Source of the DNA: Octopus bimaculoides
Lineage: Eukaryota
Reading direction: 5' to 3'
DNA: 34,492 nt
NCBI RefSeq assembly: GCF_001194135.2
Contig: NC_068984.1
Location: 71,747,239-71,781,730, forward strand
Shown: one piece after another, positions 12,170 to 25,078 of the stretch
Layout: each line of letters begins with the position of its first letter
How positions within the stretch are numbered: position 1 is the first letter of the stretch
The notes under the pieces: generated by a model
Databases searched by the model: none
The model's input: only the letters and a program-made list of their open reading frames with translations
What the model was told of the DNA's origin: nothing
Made by a program: the position numbers and the translations under genes

Positions 12170-12725
12170 GATAACTATAAAATTCCTATATGAATTGTTT
12201 GCGCAATATAGTGTTCCAGACACGTTAGTTTCTGATTATGGAACGCTATTGTCGGGATATGAATTCAAGAACTTCTGTAAAATGGTTATGATAAAACATA
12301 TCTTCACTCCACCCTACCTCCCGAGGTCAAATGGGTAAGTAAAAATATTCATGGGCACGTTAAAAAAACCGTCAAGAAAAGCTAGGAACCTATTAAGTAA
12401 CGACGAAGCACTAACAACATTCTTAAGGGTATATGGAGTAATCCCCAGGCCAAGTACAAATGCAGATTAGTCACCCGCATAGTTGATGTTTGCGAGAAGA
12501 ATTAAATCGATTTTTGATAAGTCATTGCCAGAGAAAATAAGGTGTAAAGTAAATACGGAAGATACAACGAAATATTTTGAAGTAGGACATAAAGTGCATT
12601 TTAAAACAGACAGAAATGGTAAAGAGGGATGGGAGGATGGTCCTGTAATCAAAAATAGGAAGTACATTGTATCTAATTTAAGGACCTCGTTGGGAACATA
12701 AGTGACACTTAAATCAGCTAAAGAA
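12170..12725 (+). pseudogene. Integrase remnant (distal catalytic core and C-terminus)
   Basis: LYELFAQYSVPDTLVSDYGT...TPPYLPRSNG, plus the track ORF at 12483-12701. Confidence 0.85.
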
Positions 12726-12960
12726 GTGACATGCTGAAGAACAGAGAGAAATTCCTATAGGAGTATTTTTTACGTATTCAATGTCCCAGCACCGAATATA
12801 ATGGAGTCCCGTAGAACCAGCATGACAAACCGGAAGAAGACCGAACACCTTGAGATAAGGTCCAAGTGAAAAATATACTAAATAATAATAATGATAAATA
12901 AAATTTCTTAATGATAAATAGAATTACTTCGTTCAGAACTCGAAATCTCATAAGGAGAGA

Positions 12961-13236
12961 TGTTGTGGCGAGAGTACCACAACGCTACATATAAATACTA
13001 CCGATCTGATGTAGTTGGCAGTTTGTAGTTTGGTCTTTGAAACCCAGTTAGAGTTTAAAGTTCGAATTAGAATGTTGGATATATTGATCGTTGGTTCTTA
13101 AATGTTTGTTGGTCCATTGTATGTTTGTAACGGCCGCTGTTTCCATTTCGTATTGTTATACCAGTTACAGTTTATTCTTTATCTATCGTTAACAATATCA
13201 TACGTACTACGATACTGAAGGCGTAAGGATATAACA
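12961..13236 (+). repeat. 3' LTR
   Basis: Starts TGTTG after the polypurine tract, ends TAACA, followed by TSD GATTG. Confidence 0.92.
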
Positions 13237-13311
13237 GATTGATTTATGCAGTTTGTGCTTCTTTTGTTTTCGTTAGTATTTGATATACTGTGGGACTACA
13301 GCGATATAAAT

Positions 13312-13389
13312 GGAATTTGAGCTCAGAATGGGAAGCCGGACGAAATGCCGCTAAACATTTTTCCCGGAGCGTAAACGATTTAATTCGGC
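13312..13389 (-). mobile_element. SINE family B, 5' fragment
   Basis: ggaatttgagctcagaa...gacgaaatgccgctaa matches ggaatttgaactcagaa...gacgaaataccgctaa at ~5011-5060. Confidence 0.7.
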
Positions 13390-14264
13390 AAAAAATTGCA
13401 AATAATAGTATATGATTACAAAATTGATATTAATAGTATTACTCATTAAAAAGATTCTGAAATGTAAAATATTGAAAATTACGCATACAAGAAAACATTA
13501 AATACTGCATCAAATGTAGCCCAGCTCATTAGTATATGTGTAGCAAGTTTTATATGAACAAACGTGAAATTCTGTCGATTTACGACCCCTGAACCTCAGT
13601 CTGCATTTGATCTACATAGACATATTATACTTTTTTGCAATTAGAATGATGCAGGAATTGAAAATTTGCCCTTCATTTGGTTCTTGGACATGCTGTATTG
13701 GGATTTGATTTAAAAGCATTTAGGTTGCTATTTCAGGCAGGTAAAGCTTGGCCAATTCTCGCCAACTTGGTTGGAGTTTGTCAGATGACGTGAGAGATCA
13801 AGAGGGAGCCAAAAGACATTTACGTCGTTAATTTTACATAGAGAGGAGAATTTTGGGACAAATAAGCCAACTATTGGAATTCAACTTGTTTCTGGAACAA
13901 TAAAGTGATTTCATTACAGAAATAATTCTAACTCGTCCTTAACTTCTGATCAAACACTACTGGGGCATACAGTCATTAATTACGCATTATATTCATACTA
14001 CTTAGGTACCTTTAATTTTGGGCAACAGACCCATTAGCTCTCCACAGAAGGCAACGTAAAAGTCAGTATGGATTGCAGCTTTTAAGATATGCTACCTCAA
14101 TATACGATGATAATGTTTCAAATAAGTAATAAAATATATGTCTGTTTTTGGTACAGTCTATGTAGAAATTCGAGACAAAATAAAAATCATATTATATATA
14201 GATTGAGTCAGATTTTATTTGATATATTCAGAGTTTATTTGGCAATATTTCCAACTATACTTAA

Positions 14265-14460
14265 GGTGGCGAGCTGCCATAGCCGTCAGAACGTCAGGCA
14301 AAATACTTAGCAGTATAACGTCCCTCTTTACCTCATGCGTTCAAATGCCAACAAAGTCGACCGTGTCTTTCATTTTTTGCAGTTCTATAAAATAAGTACC
14401 AGTTGTGTACTGGCAGCAATGCAATTGACTTCTCGTCTCCCGAAATTGCTGGCCTTGTTA
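14265..14460 (+). mobile_element. SINE family B, degenerate
   Basis: ggtggcgagctg...gttcaaatgcc...ctttcatt...ataaaataagtaccagttgtgtactgg is collinear with the 24862 copy. Confidence 0.7.
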
Positions 14461-15534
14461 AAAAAAATGTTTTAGCCGATATTTCGAACTATGTGAAATA
14501 CTAAATGTTTTGACAATTAGACTAGTTTCAGAAGAATAATTCAGTTTCGTTCGTACAGGCAGTAAGTTCTAATCATGTTGAGTATGCAGTTGTACACCGG
14601 CCAAGTGTTAGAATAAACATCTTTTTTTCATTCATCATTGTATTGGTGTCATATATATATATATATATATATAACTGTTTTGTGCTGGTCGGTACATTGC
14701 ATGCTAGAGTAGGAACGACCACTCTAATATTCATATACTTTTCCAAACTTTAACTGCAGAGAATCGTTTGCATTTACGGATATATAGCAACTATAAAAAA
14801 GTAGCATACATTACATAGTAAACATTAGAATTACATGTCTGTATTTCATAATATGTTCCTGCAACTTATATGAAAACTTATCATTTTATATTATTAAGTC
14901 CAGTTCACTACTATTTATCCTATAAATTTCAGTATTATATAATGATTGAAAGAATATTTATTTACAAAATAGTTTGTGAAAGGAGTCAGCTTAAAGAATA
15001 GAGAAGAAATATGAAAAAAAAAATGTTTAGAAAACTGTACAAAATCAGTAAACATTTACTATTGCTTAGCAGAAAAGGCTTGTGAGAAAAGCTGCTGGTA
15101 GAAAGCATATAATATTTCCCAAATGGAATGAAGTATTGATAAATGGAAAACGCCATGAATCCATTCAGAAATACAACATTTGTTGACAGTTGATTCATCA
15201 TCAAATACCGCTTTATTCTACTAATAGAACATATTAAATATTAATAGTGGACCCATGTTTACTACTATCGGATATCATTGATATACATGAGGATAAATTG
15301 TTATAGATGTTTCGGTTTAGTTTTGTCCAACTTAATGTCTACCTTAATCGATCAACCGGGTAATTTGTGATTAATATGATTTCATATGAATGTGAGATAA
15401 TATAGTTAGAAGCAACAACATGCTAACTATAATAAAGAATTTCATGAAAGTGTTCTTATTGCAGAATTAGAATTCTCCGACTTTCATTTCTTTTTCTACT
15501 TGATGAAGTAGCATTGTACCTAAGATTATACATA

Positions 15535-15628
15535 GATACATAGATACATACACATACATACATACACACGCATGCATACACACATACATACATACATACA
15601 TACATACATACATACACACATACATACA

Positions 15629-15662
<34 letters not shown>

Positions 15663-15667
15663 CATAT
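15535..15667. repeat. (ATAC)n microsatellite
   Basis: Direct; it generates the spurious MYVC-repeat ORFs. Confidence 0.95.
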
Positions 15668-16713
15668 AAGAGGGATAATGATTTCATACTTCATCATCTT
15701 ATAATCTAAGCAACAAAACATTATGGCGATTCTTCATACTGAACACTTGAGGGGAGGTTAATTACTCTAAAACACAAAATCAGGCCTCTGAATATCCTTT
15801 GTTCCGACATTTCCTGTATTTTAATATAATTTCCTTGTAAAAGGAAAGAAACAATAAATTATAAGCAATTTACATTTTCTTGTTATTATATCTGATTATT
15901 ATTCATTTATTTTAAACGGGATATCGTTTCCACCGTCCGTGAATATTATATCTGTTAAGTTAGTTAAGCTGAGAGAAGTTTTTTTTCTTTAATCATGTCC
16001 AGGAATGGTTACAGATTCATGAATTATAAATGCACTTTCACCCATGTGTTTCTTCAGTAGATTTCGAAATGTTGTACTTACATTGCTACAAATGCTGAAA
16101 TGCATCCGGAAAATAACTTTTTAATGTAAGAGAAGCAACGCTGTCTTTTACTATATTTTTCATTGAAAATAAATCTCGGTTAACTTGAACGAACTTCGGC
16201 TTTTATTCTGCTTTCCCAATCACTCAGTCACTTATGATCTCGTCTATTCTTCAACTTTAAACCCTTATATTCATTTCCCCCTTTTCTCTTCCATACATAT
16301 TGAGATTTTTTTTGCTTGTTTTGTTAAATCTTCAAAGTATATGTATCGAAAGAAAACTACTATATATTGAAGTGAATTGTGAGGGAAACAATTTCTAAAA
16401 TATAAATGTGCCCCAAAACGGACGCTTAATACCTGGCTCATTTGTAGTGGGTGGATGAAATGCAGCAATATAACCGTATAAAAACAAGTCAGAGTAAAGG
16501 AAGTCATCAGAGGAGTTAGCTTCAATATCGATACCTGAAGGAACACGTGTTAAATCACAGTCACAAATATAAAATTGATGAAACGAAAATATTGAAAGTT
16601 ATTTGTCATGTCAAATTTACTCACGCGTATTTTATTGATACGAATGCTTAACAGCTATCGGTATATCGGTCTTATGAAACGAATATCGATATGTTGTTTA
16701 ATTAAAGTTTTAC

Positions 16714-16803
16714 GGGTCTCTTTGCCGAACCGCTAAGTTACATAGACAGCCAATGCCGGTTTTGAAGCTATGAGAGACAAACATATACACACACACACAC
16801 ACA
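16714..16803 (-). mobile_element. SINE family A, 3' half with (GT)n
   Basis: Reverse complement gtgtgt...gtaacttagcggttcggcaaagagacc matches the element at 84-279. Confidence 0.7.
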
Positions 16804-16881
16804 TCATATGACTGAAAAGGTTTGCTGTGTTTTAGTAAGTTACTTGCTTTATTCATCAAATTACAACAAAGGAAGCACAAA

Positions 16882-17225
16882 TTTGAAGTACATGCCATCG
16901 TATTGCACCGTTAAAAGCTATCATTCTACCACTTCTTTGATCCCACGCTGATAGTAGTTCTTGTCTTTCGAGGTGCAGAACTCCTTCATTAAAGTATCTA
17001 CCTCCTCTTGGTTGATGAAGCGCCTCGATCGCAGAAAGTGTGCCGCGACTCAGCGCATGTAATCATCCGAGGGAGCTAGCTCCGGACTATATCTTAGGAG
17101 TGACATCAGTTCGATTTCCTCAAGTTTCTGAAATTAATTCTGGTAAGTTCGAGCAGTGTGAGTTCTTACGTTGTCGCACTTCAGAAGAGCTACTTCACTG
17201 ATAATCAATGCCGGGTACTTTTGAT
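16882..17225 (-). mobile_element. Mariner transposase C-terminal remnant
   Basis: One frame with stops reads KYPAL...LLKCDNVRTHTA...YSPELAPSD (17065-17091)...HFL..RRF.N.EEV...EF..SKDKNYYQRGIKE....DGMYF, matching mariner DNARPH and YSPDLAPSD motifs. Confidence 0.88.
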
Positions 17226-17239
17226 GCACAATGACATTG

Positions 17240-17493
17240 ATCCGTATATATACATATATAAACTCTCTCACACGTTCTGTCTGTCTCTCTCTCTTCCCTC
17301 ACGCAAGCACACACACTTGTGTGTATATATATATATACGTCAGGAATCTTTCAGTTTATGTCTACCAAATCCACTCAGAAGCATTTAGTTTCCCTGAAGC
17401 TATTGTAGTAGACGCAAGGTACCATGATGTGGGAGTGAATCCAGAACCATGTCGTCGGGAAATCGATTCTTACCACGCTGTGACACTTCCGCC
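17240..17493 (-). mobile_element. SINE family A, 5' half (tRNA-like head, CORE-like segment, microsatellite)
   Basis: Minus strand reads ggcggaagtgtcacagcgtggtaag...atggttctggattcactccc...ggtaccttg...ctactacaatagc...gagtggatttggtagac..aaactgaaag, then AT/GT repeats. Family recalled from octopus repeats. Confidence 0.65.
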
Positions 17494-18816
17494 AGTTTCT
17501 ATTGGAAGGACATTTGACTAAATCTTAGAGTATAGAATAAATTCACAATGTAGTGTGTTGTATTATAATGGTATGCAGATGTTGTATGTTTTTCTGCGTT
17601 TTCTATATCATAGAATCAAAAGGTATGCAACGATATTTGGGATAATATATTACAGTAAAATTATATTTGTATTTTATTCAGAAGTGTACTGCATCAAATT
17701 ATGATGAGCTAATTAATTATTTAAATACTTTTGTTATGAGAAATACTAAAAGGATCAAACTAAATAAAGGTATATTAAAGAGACTATTATGTGGCACTGA
17801 CCTAAATGGAAGAACCCAGATACTGAAAAAAGTGTATTAGCTAATAACGTAGAAAGTATTAGATGAGAAAATATTTGCATGTCGAAAATAAATCCTTCAA
17901 TATAAACTACGTGTGCTGAGTAAAATCTTGTGAGTTGTTTCATCACGCTACTCAAATTCCTGCTTTGAATGCAGCAAAGGACAATTTTTTCTTTTTATCG
18001 TTTATTGGGTATTACAAAAACTGCCGGCCACGTGCTTACATAAGGTAAAATTATTCTTGCGTAATGTGAAATATAGTAATGTTTTATGAAGCGCAATTTT
18101 CAACTATTTTTTTTTTCTGGAGATACAGTTCTGAATGAAGCGAAGACCAGCATATAAAATACTGTCAGGCTGTCTTAGGTTGGTAAGCTAATGGCAATAT
18201 ACACAGCAGAATCTCCAAAATCACATTCATTAAATGACTGTCTAGGCTAAAAGTGATCTCATTCTCGAGAGAAGTCTAGACGTCGGTGAGAATTAACAGG
18301 TTGATCATTTCTGAAGAACATTATCGTGGTGTACTGATGGTTCCGGAAAAAAACCGGCTGCCACATAATCAGTTGGAATCCGGCATATACCTGAAAAGCG
18401 ACGCCTGTTCGACATACACATGCTCTCTGCCAGAGAATATGTTCAAGGACTCCCTGAAGTAATCATTCTTTTAAGACCCACATTGTACTGAAACATTCAA
18501 GTGAGCCTCGATTTTACTTTTTCTGCGATACAACACAGGCAAATGAGTTTTCTTCTGTCTATTACATGTAGAGTTGTTTAAAACTTTTACGTATAATATT
18601 TGGTCAAAATGACTAATAGATACTAGTTTCATGTACATATATAAAAAAAAACAGGATACTGAATGCATGTTGTTCTTATGAAAACAATATTCCGTCGCAA
18701 TGCAAATAGCATCCCTTAATAGAGTTCAGATCGTAATTTTTAACTTTTCAGAAATATGAATTGAGAAAGGAAGGTGTTCACATGATTTCTCATTTATTGA
18801 GAAGTAAAGCTTGTGC

Positions 18817-18948
18817 TTTATTTTCATGAAATTTCAGTTTTTGTCTATTGTTTTATTTTCATGAAATTTCAGTTTTTGTCTATTGTTTTATTTTCATGAA
18901 ATTTCAGTTTTTGTCTATTGTTTTATTTTCATGAAATTTCAGTTTTTG
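18817..18948 (+). repeat. 35-bp minisatellite, ~3.8 identical copies
   Basis: Unit tttattttcatgaaatttcagtttttgtctattgt starts at 18817, 18852, 18887 and (partial) 18922. Confidence 0.95.
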
Positions 18949-20082
18949 GTATTGATTAAAGGAATAATGAATAGCATTTTAAAAGATATTCTTCTTTTGT
19001 ACTGATATTTGGCATTCTTTTTTTCACATTCATCCACCTTTCGAAATATTAGTACAAGTTATTATTGCAATTTCAGTATGGCTATTCCGAAATATTCACC
19101 TGTCAAAACAAAAAAATATGTATATCAAAGAAATATTTATACTCACATCGAAAATAAAGTAAAGCGTATTTCTCACACATACATCATAGTATTAAACAAA
19201 ATATAGATTTTAGCGCTTATGAATTCTTAGACAGTGTGACCGTAAGATCAGCCCTCATTTTCCAACAATTCACAATTTAATATCAGATCTTCTTCTCTTA
19301 TTGTAATTAGTTGCTACCTTTTAATCAGCCGAGTTCATGTTATCATATTCATTGCAATGAAGAAAAACATACACATATCACATCTTAAATATCGTTCACA
19401 AAGTGCAGTTTTGCCCGTGTCTTAGTGATGAATGAAAGAATATATTAACAAGGAAAGAAAAAATCATACAAAATATAAATGTTTAGGAAAACCATTATTA
19501 ACATGAAAGAAAACACATCAAATCTTTTTTCACACACACTATATGTGATCAAATAATCTTGATGGTTTTTGCGAATACCTTATTAACTGTAGATATCTGA
19601 AAGGGAACCATTTTAAGTGGAGTCTTTTTACTTAAGGAAACGAAATCATATCCTATTATGATAATTCTAGCCGCTCCAATGACAATATGGTAAAGATAAA
19701 AGCGATAGAAAAAGAAAATGATGACACACTATTGGAGATAGTCTAACATTGATATTAATGTTTCTTAAACAATTTTGATGCAATATAGATACGAACCAAT
19801 CATGCAGGTATAAGCTAGAAAACAAGTACCTATATATACTAAATGACCAATGCTGCATTAAAAGGGACTTCAGCAAATACATAAATACTTTGGAAAATAA
19901 GAAACACATAATTCAGACATTTTATCTTAGAAAACGAGCGCAATCGTTGCATGGATTTTGACAGTGACTAAAGGCAATTGCATTTATAGACGGTTTAAAT
20001 CCGTATCTTCCTTTTTAAAAATTATGAAGCAAATTAGAAACTTTCTCAACGCATATGATCGTATGGAATGCAGTGAATGTTC

Positions 20083-20274
20083 GTATGATGCTTGCACTTA
20101 TACTGGTTCACAGCTCCATTAATGAGGCAGGATGTTTAGTATGTATTCGGCGAGTGGGGTGGAGGTAAAGGATGCAAAGAATAATTGGGAAGGTGAGAAT
20201 GGCTTTTCAATGAAAAGCACTCTAAAGAAAGTGGAGTTCTTTCGTTGTTGGTCATTCGCATCATTCGTGGCAAC
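20083..20274 (+). repeat. Left arm of ~195-bp diverged inverted repeat
   Basis: Shares collinear blocks gtatgatgc, cattaatga.gcaggat, tatgtattc, atgcaaagaat, gtgagaatggcttt, caatgaaa and tcatt.gtg.caac with the reverse complement of 20846-21043. Confidence 0.75.
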
Positions 20275-20282
20275 GTGAGTAC

Positions 20283-20283
20283 T

Positions 20284-20314
<31 letters not shown>

Positions 20315-20830
20315 NNNNNNNNNNNNNNNNNNNNNNNNNNNNNNNNNNNNNNNNNNNNNNNNNNNNNNNNNNNNNNNNNNNNNNNNNNNNNNNNNNNNNN
20401 NNNNNNNNNNNNNNNNNNNNNNNNNNNNNNNNNNNNNNNNNNNNNNNNNNNNNNNNNNNNNNNNNNNNNNNNNNNNNNNNNNNNNNNNNNNNNNNNNNNN
20501 NNNNNNNNNNNNNNNNNNNNNNNNNNNNNNNNNNNNNNNNNNNNNNNNNNNNNNNNNNNNNNNNNNNNNNNNNNNNNNNNNNNNNNNNNNNNNNNNNNNN
20601 NNNNNNNNNNNNNNNNNNNNNNNNNNNNNNNNNNNNNNNNNNNNNNNNNNNNNNNTATATATATATATATATATATATTTATATACATACACATATACAT
20701 ACATATATATAAGTGCATATGTGTACATATGTATGTATACATGTATATATATTTATACATATGCGTCCATGAGTGCATGCACGGGCATGTATGTGTGTAT
20801 TATATAAATGTATATATATATGTATGAATG
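20283..20830. repeat. (AC)n and (AT/GT)n microsatellites flanking an N gap
   Basis: Direct. Confidence 0.9.
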
Positions 20831-20845
20831 TGTATGTCTTTTTGT

Positions 20846-21043
20846 GTTGGCACAAATGATTGGCATGAACAGCAATGAAATAACTTCAAAATCTGAGCAC
20901 ATTTCATTGAAAGCCATTCTCACATTCCAATTTATTCTTTATATTTGATTCTTTGCATTCTTTAAGTATCAATCTCTGAATACATAGCAAAAATCCTGCA
21001 TCATTAATGCATCTGAGAAGTATTATAAACCCACGCATCATAC
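20846..21043 (-). repeat. Right arm of ~195-bp diverged inverted repeat
   Basis: See left arm. Confidence 0.75.
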
Positions 21044-24000
21044 CATATTATCTATTCTGCTAAGGTTTCTTTGCATGGTGGAGTGCATTCGATTCCATTA
21101 CATCATCCTCATTCAATGCACGATACTACGAATATATCCAAAACAACGTTTTGAAACTACATTTTGAAATTTCCTAAATTTTAATTGGAAGCATAACNNN
21201 NNNNNNNNNNNNNNNNNNNNNNNNNNNNNNNNNNNNNNNNNNNNNNNNNNNNNNNNNNNNNNNNNNNNNNNNNNNNNNNNNNNNNNNNNNNNNNNNNNNN
21301 NNNNNNNNNNNNNNNNNNNNNNNNNNNNNNNNNNNNNNNNNNNNNNNNNNNNNNNNNNNNNNNNNNNNNNNNNNNNNNNNNNNNNNNNNNNNNNNNNNNN
21401 NNNNNNNNNNNNNNNNNNNNNNNNNNNNNNNNNNNNNNNNNNNNNNNNNNNNNNNNNNNNNNNNNNNNNNNNNNNNNNNNNNNNNNNNNNNNNNNNNNNN
21501 NNNNNNNNNNNNNNNNNNNNNNNNNNNNNNNNNNNNNNNNNNNNNNNNNNNNNNNNNNNNNNNNNNNNNNNNNNNNNNNNNNNNNNNNNNNNNNNNNNNN
21601 NNNNNNNNNNNNNNNNNNNNNNNNNNNNNNNNNNNNNNNNNNNNNNNNNNNNNNNNNNNNNNNNNNNNNNNNNNNNNNNNNNNNNNNNNNNNNNNNNNNN
21701 NNNNNNNNNNNNNNNNNNNNNNNNNNNNNNNNNNNNNNNNNNNNNNNNNNNNNNNNNNNNNNNNNNNNNNNNNNNNNNNNNNNNNNNNNNNNNNNNNNNN
21801 NNNNNNNNNNNNNNNNNNNNNNNNNNNNNNNNNNNNNNNNNNNNNNNNNNNNNNNNNNNNNNNNNNNNNNNNNNNNNNNNNNNNNNNNNNNNNNNNNNNN
21901 NNNNNNNATATAATACTGAATGGGTCAAGAACGCAACACATCCAGATAGACGATACAAAGAAAACAAGGACAGGTGATTCAGAGTTTGATTTCCTCGGTC
22001 GAGATCCAGATTAACCATGCAATTTCAGCTGGTTATTCTCGATATTGCTCAAATCTGGCCAGCCCCAAGGAAAACTGAGAGCATTAGATTCCTTGGAAGA
22101 AAGCAGCAAATATATAGAAAAACAAGGATGGAAAAGAAAACGAACAATGGTACACAAATACAATAAAAATAACAGGGCATAACAACAGATGTCTTTCGAC
22201 TAAGTACGAATTAAATTAAGCTGGTGTGTGTGGAAATAAAGCCTTACGGCAGAGATACAAGATTTCACAGGCAAAGGGAGGAATGACGATGTTGCACGCA
22301 CAAGGGCCAGCCAGGAAAGAAAGGTCAGACTTGGCCGAATACCGGTCACGTGGGAAGAGAGAGAAAGGTAGAGGTATAGGCATAGGGACAAAAGAATTAA
22401 GGAGGGGAGAGAAAAAATGACAGGGACACTTTGAAGTGAATAGTGGAGGGAAAGTAAGCAAGAAGAGAAGGTAAGCAAATATGAGTGAGAAGCGAAAGAA
22501 TGAACAGTGGAATGAAAGTATAAGGGTGAAGGGGCTGATAGACAGATATAAATCATACAAGATTTTAAAAAATGTATACTTATATATAAGAGACANNNNN
22601 NNNNNNNNNNNNNNNNNNNNNNNNNNNNNNNNNNNNNNNNNNNNNNNNNNNNNNNNNNNNNNNNNNNNNNNNNNNNNNNNNNNNNNNNNNNNNNNNNNNN
22701 NNNNNNNNNNNNNNNNNNNNNNNNNNNNNNNNNNNNNNNNNNNNNNNNNNNNNNNNNNNNNNNNNNNNNNNNNNNNNNNNNNNNNNNNNNNNNNNNNNNN
22801 NNNNNNNNNNNNNNNNNNNNNNNNNNNNNNNNNNNNNNNNNNNNNNNNNNNNNNNNNNNNNNNNNNNNNNNNNNNNNNNNNNNNNNNNNNNNNNNNNNNN
22901 NNNNNNNNNNNNNNNNNNNNNNNNNNNNNNNNNNNNNNNNNNNNNNNNNNNNNNNNNNNNNNNNNNNNNNNNNNNNNNNNNNNNNNNNNNNNNNNNNNNN
23001 NNNNNNNNNNNNNNNNNNNNNNNNNNNNNNNNNNNNNNNNNNNNNNNNNNNNNNNNNNNNNNNNNNNNNNNNNNNNNNNNNNNNNNNNNNNNNNNNNNNN
23101 NNNNNNNNNNNNNNNNNNNNNNNNNNNNNNNNNNNNNNNNNNNNNNNNNNNNNNNNNNNNNNNNNNNNNNNNNNNNNNNNNNNNNNNNNNNNNNNNNNNN
23201 NNNNNNNNNNNNNNNNNNNNNNNNNNNNNNNNNNNNNNNNNNNNNNNNNNNNNNNNNNNNNNNNNNNNNNNNNNNNNNNNNNNNNNNNNNNNNNNNNNNN
23301 NNNNNNNNNNNNNNNNNNNNNNNNNNNNNNNNNNNNNNNNNNNNNNNNNNNNNNNNNNNNNNNNNNNNNNNNNNNNNNNNNNNNNNNNNNNNNNNNNNNN
23401 NNNNNNATATATATATATATATATAGTGTACAAGGGATCCATATAGTGATCTCTCATATTGTTTATATAGATATAGATATAGATATGTATGTATTAAGTT
23501 TTTTAAACAACCATATTATTGCTAATGTGTCCACAGCTGTGGCCAGTTATGTATATATGTACATAATTGTATATGCATTATTTGTGAATATGTTCGCCAT
23601 TGATAACGCAAAATTAAGGATATTAACAATCAACCCTACACAATCTCACCAAATATCTATCAATACGTCCATCTACAGGAAACTATTAATTATAAACATG
23701 TATATTTGTTCAGATGTTTTAGTTCTTTATCTCGTTTGTTTACACGATTCTGAATCTTTGTTTTTTTTTCTTTGTTTTACCCTTTGTATTTCACGCACAC
23801 TTCCTATATGAATATGCATTCAAGTACACGAAAATCTGTGTGTGAGTTTATAGGCGTTTCAGTATGATTTAAAAACGTAGGAAATACAATTGATTCAGAA
23901 GCATTTGATTCACGCAACAGAGCAGAGTTGGTATGAAATATCACACACTTCAAAGAAATGAATGCAAAGGATATTAAATTGTAATTGGAACGTAAGATGG

Positions 24001-24229
24001 AGTTATTCATTTGATAAATATTTTGTTGTTATTTATTGCTAACTGGCTTTACTATTGAAAATAATATCAGACTCAAGTTTTACTTTATAATTCAATAATT
24101 TCGGCAATATCTTATACTTGTGATTTTCTTTCCTTTTGGTTTCTCTGTGTGATGACGACCGCGAAGATATCATTCGAAATCAATACGATATTAAACAAAA
24201 AATTTATGTTCATGTCTCTATAGGTACAT

Positions 24230-24293
24230 ACATATATACATGCATATATACGTACATACATATATACATATCTATCTATCTATCTATCTATCT

Positions 24294-24334
<41 letters not shown>
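24230..24334. repeat. AT-rich, (ATCT)n and (CT)n microsatellites before a gap
   Basis: Direct. Confidence 0.93.
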
Positions 24335-24861
24335 NNNNNNNNNNNNNNNNNNNNNNNNNNNNNNNNNNNNNNNNNNNNNNNNNNNNNNNNNNNNNNNNNN
24401 NNNNNNNNNNNNNNNNNNNNNNNNNNNNNNNNNNNNNNNNNNNNNNNNNNNNNNNNNNNNNNNNNNNNNNNNNNNNNNNNNNNNNNNNNNNNNNNNNNNN
24501 NNNNNNNNNNNNNNNNNNNNNNNNNNNNNNNNNNNNNNNNNNNNNNNNNNNNNNNNNNTTGTATAATATGTGATCCGTTGCAAAAACGAAAGAAGCAGAT
24601 GCGAGGAAGTGTAAGATAGATATATAAAATATGTGAAAAAAGATCACATGAAACAAAAATCAATTTTAAGCTGCAAATTAAATGAATAAATTCTGATCCA
24701 AACCAGTGATAGGAATTTGTTAAAGACACTTGAGATACAACAGCAAGAATTCTGTTCCGTTTTAACATTCTGCAATGCAGCGTTATATTAGTTCAAGTTC
24801 TTTATTTACTGAGTTGAAACACAGCAGACGTTAAGTCTGCTTTAATATTTTCTATGAAAAA

Positions 24862-25078
24862 GGCAGCGAGCTGGCATAAATGTTAGCACGCCAGGTGAAA
24901 TGTCTTGCGGTATTACGCACTGTCTTTACGTTCTGAGTTCAAATTCCGTGAAGGTGGATTTTGCCTTTCATCTTTTCGGGGGGTCGATGATTTAAGTACC
25001 AGTTGCGTACTGGGGTCAATCTAATCGACTGGGCCTGTCCCCAAAAATTTCGGGCTTTGTGCCTAGAGGAGAAAAGAA
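24862..25078 (+). mobile_element. SINE family B, near full length
   Basis: ggcagcgagctggca...ttctgagttcaaattcc...ttttgcctttcatc..tcgggg..tcgat..ttaagtaccagttgcgtactggggtc is homologous to the reverse complement of 4880-5105. Confidence 0.85.

Larger units (their letters stand above)
11230..13236 (+). mobile_element. Internally deleted Ty3/Gypsy (Mag-like) LTR retrotransposon with two LTRs and 5-bp TSD
   Basis: LTR1 11230-11507 and LTR2 12961-13236 both run TG...TAACA. TSD GATTG at 11225-11229 and 13237-13241. PBS-like tctggtgacgag at 11508 and purine tract aaggagaga before 12961. Gag remnant: ISEFTY..EEKVKILLRK..YCNFVLPK. Integrase remnant: VPDTLVSDYG..FKNFCK..TPPY.PRSNG, MFARRIKSIFD..VGHKV..WEDG. 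Confidence 0.93.

Noticed and set aside
18817-18948. CRISPR-like array (35-bp repeats)
   Set aside because: Units are head-to-tail with no spacers, and the context is eukaryotic.
20119-24768. Long ORFs in the track (219-413 aa)
   Set aside because: They are made of N gaps and microsatellite translations.
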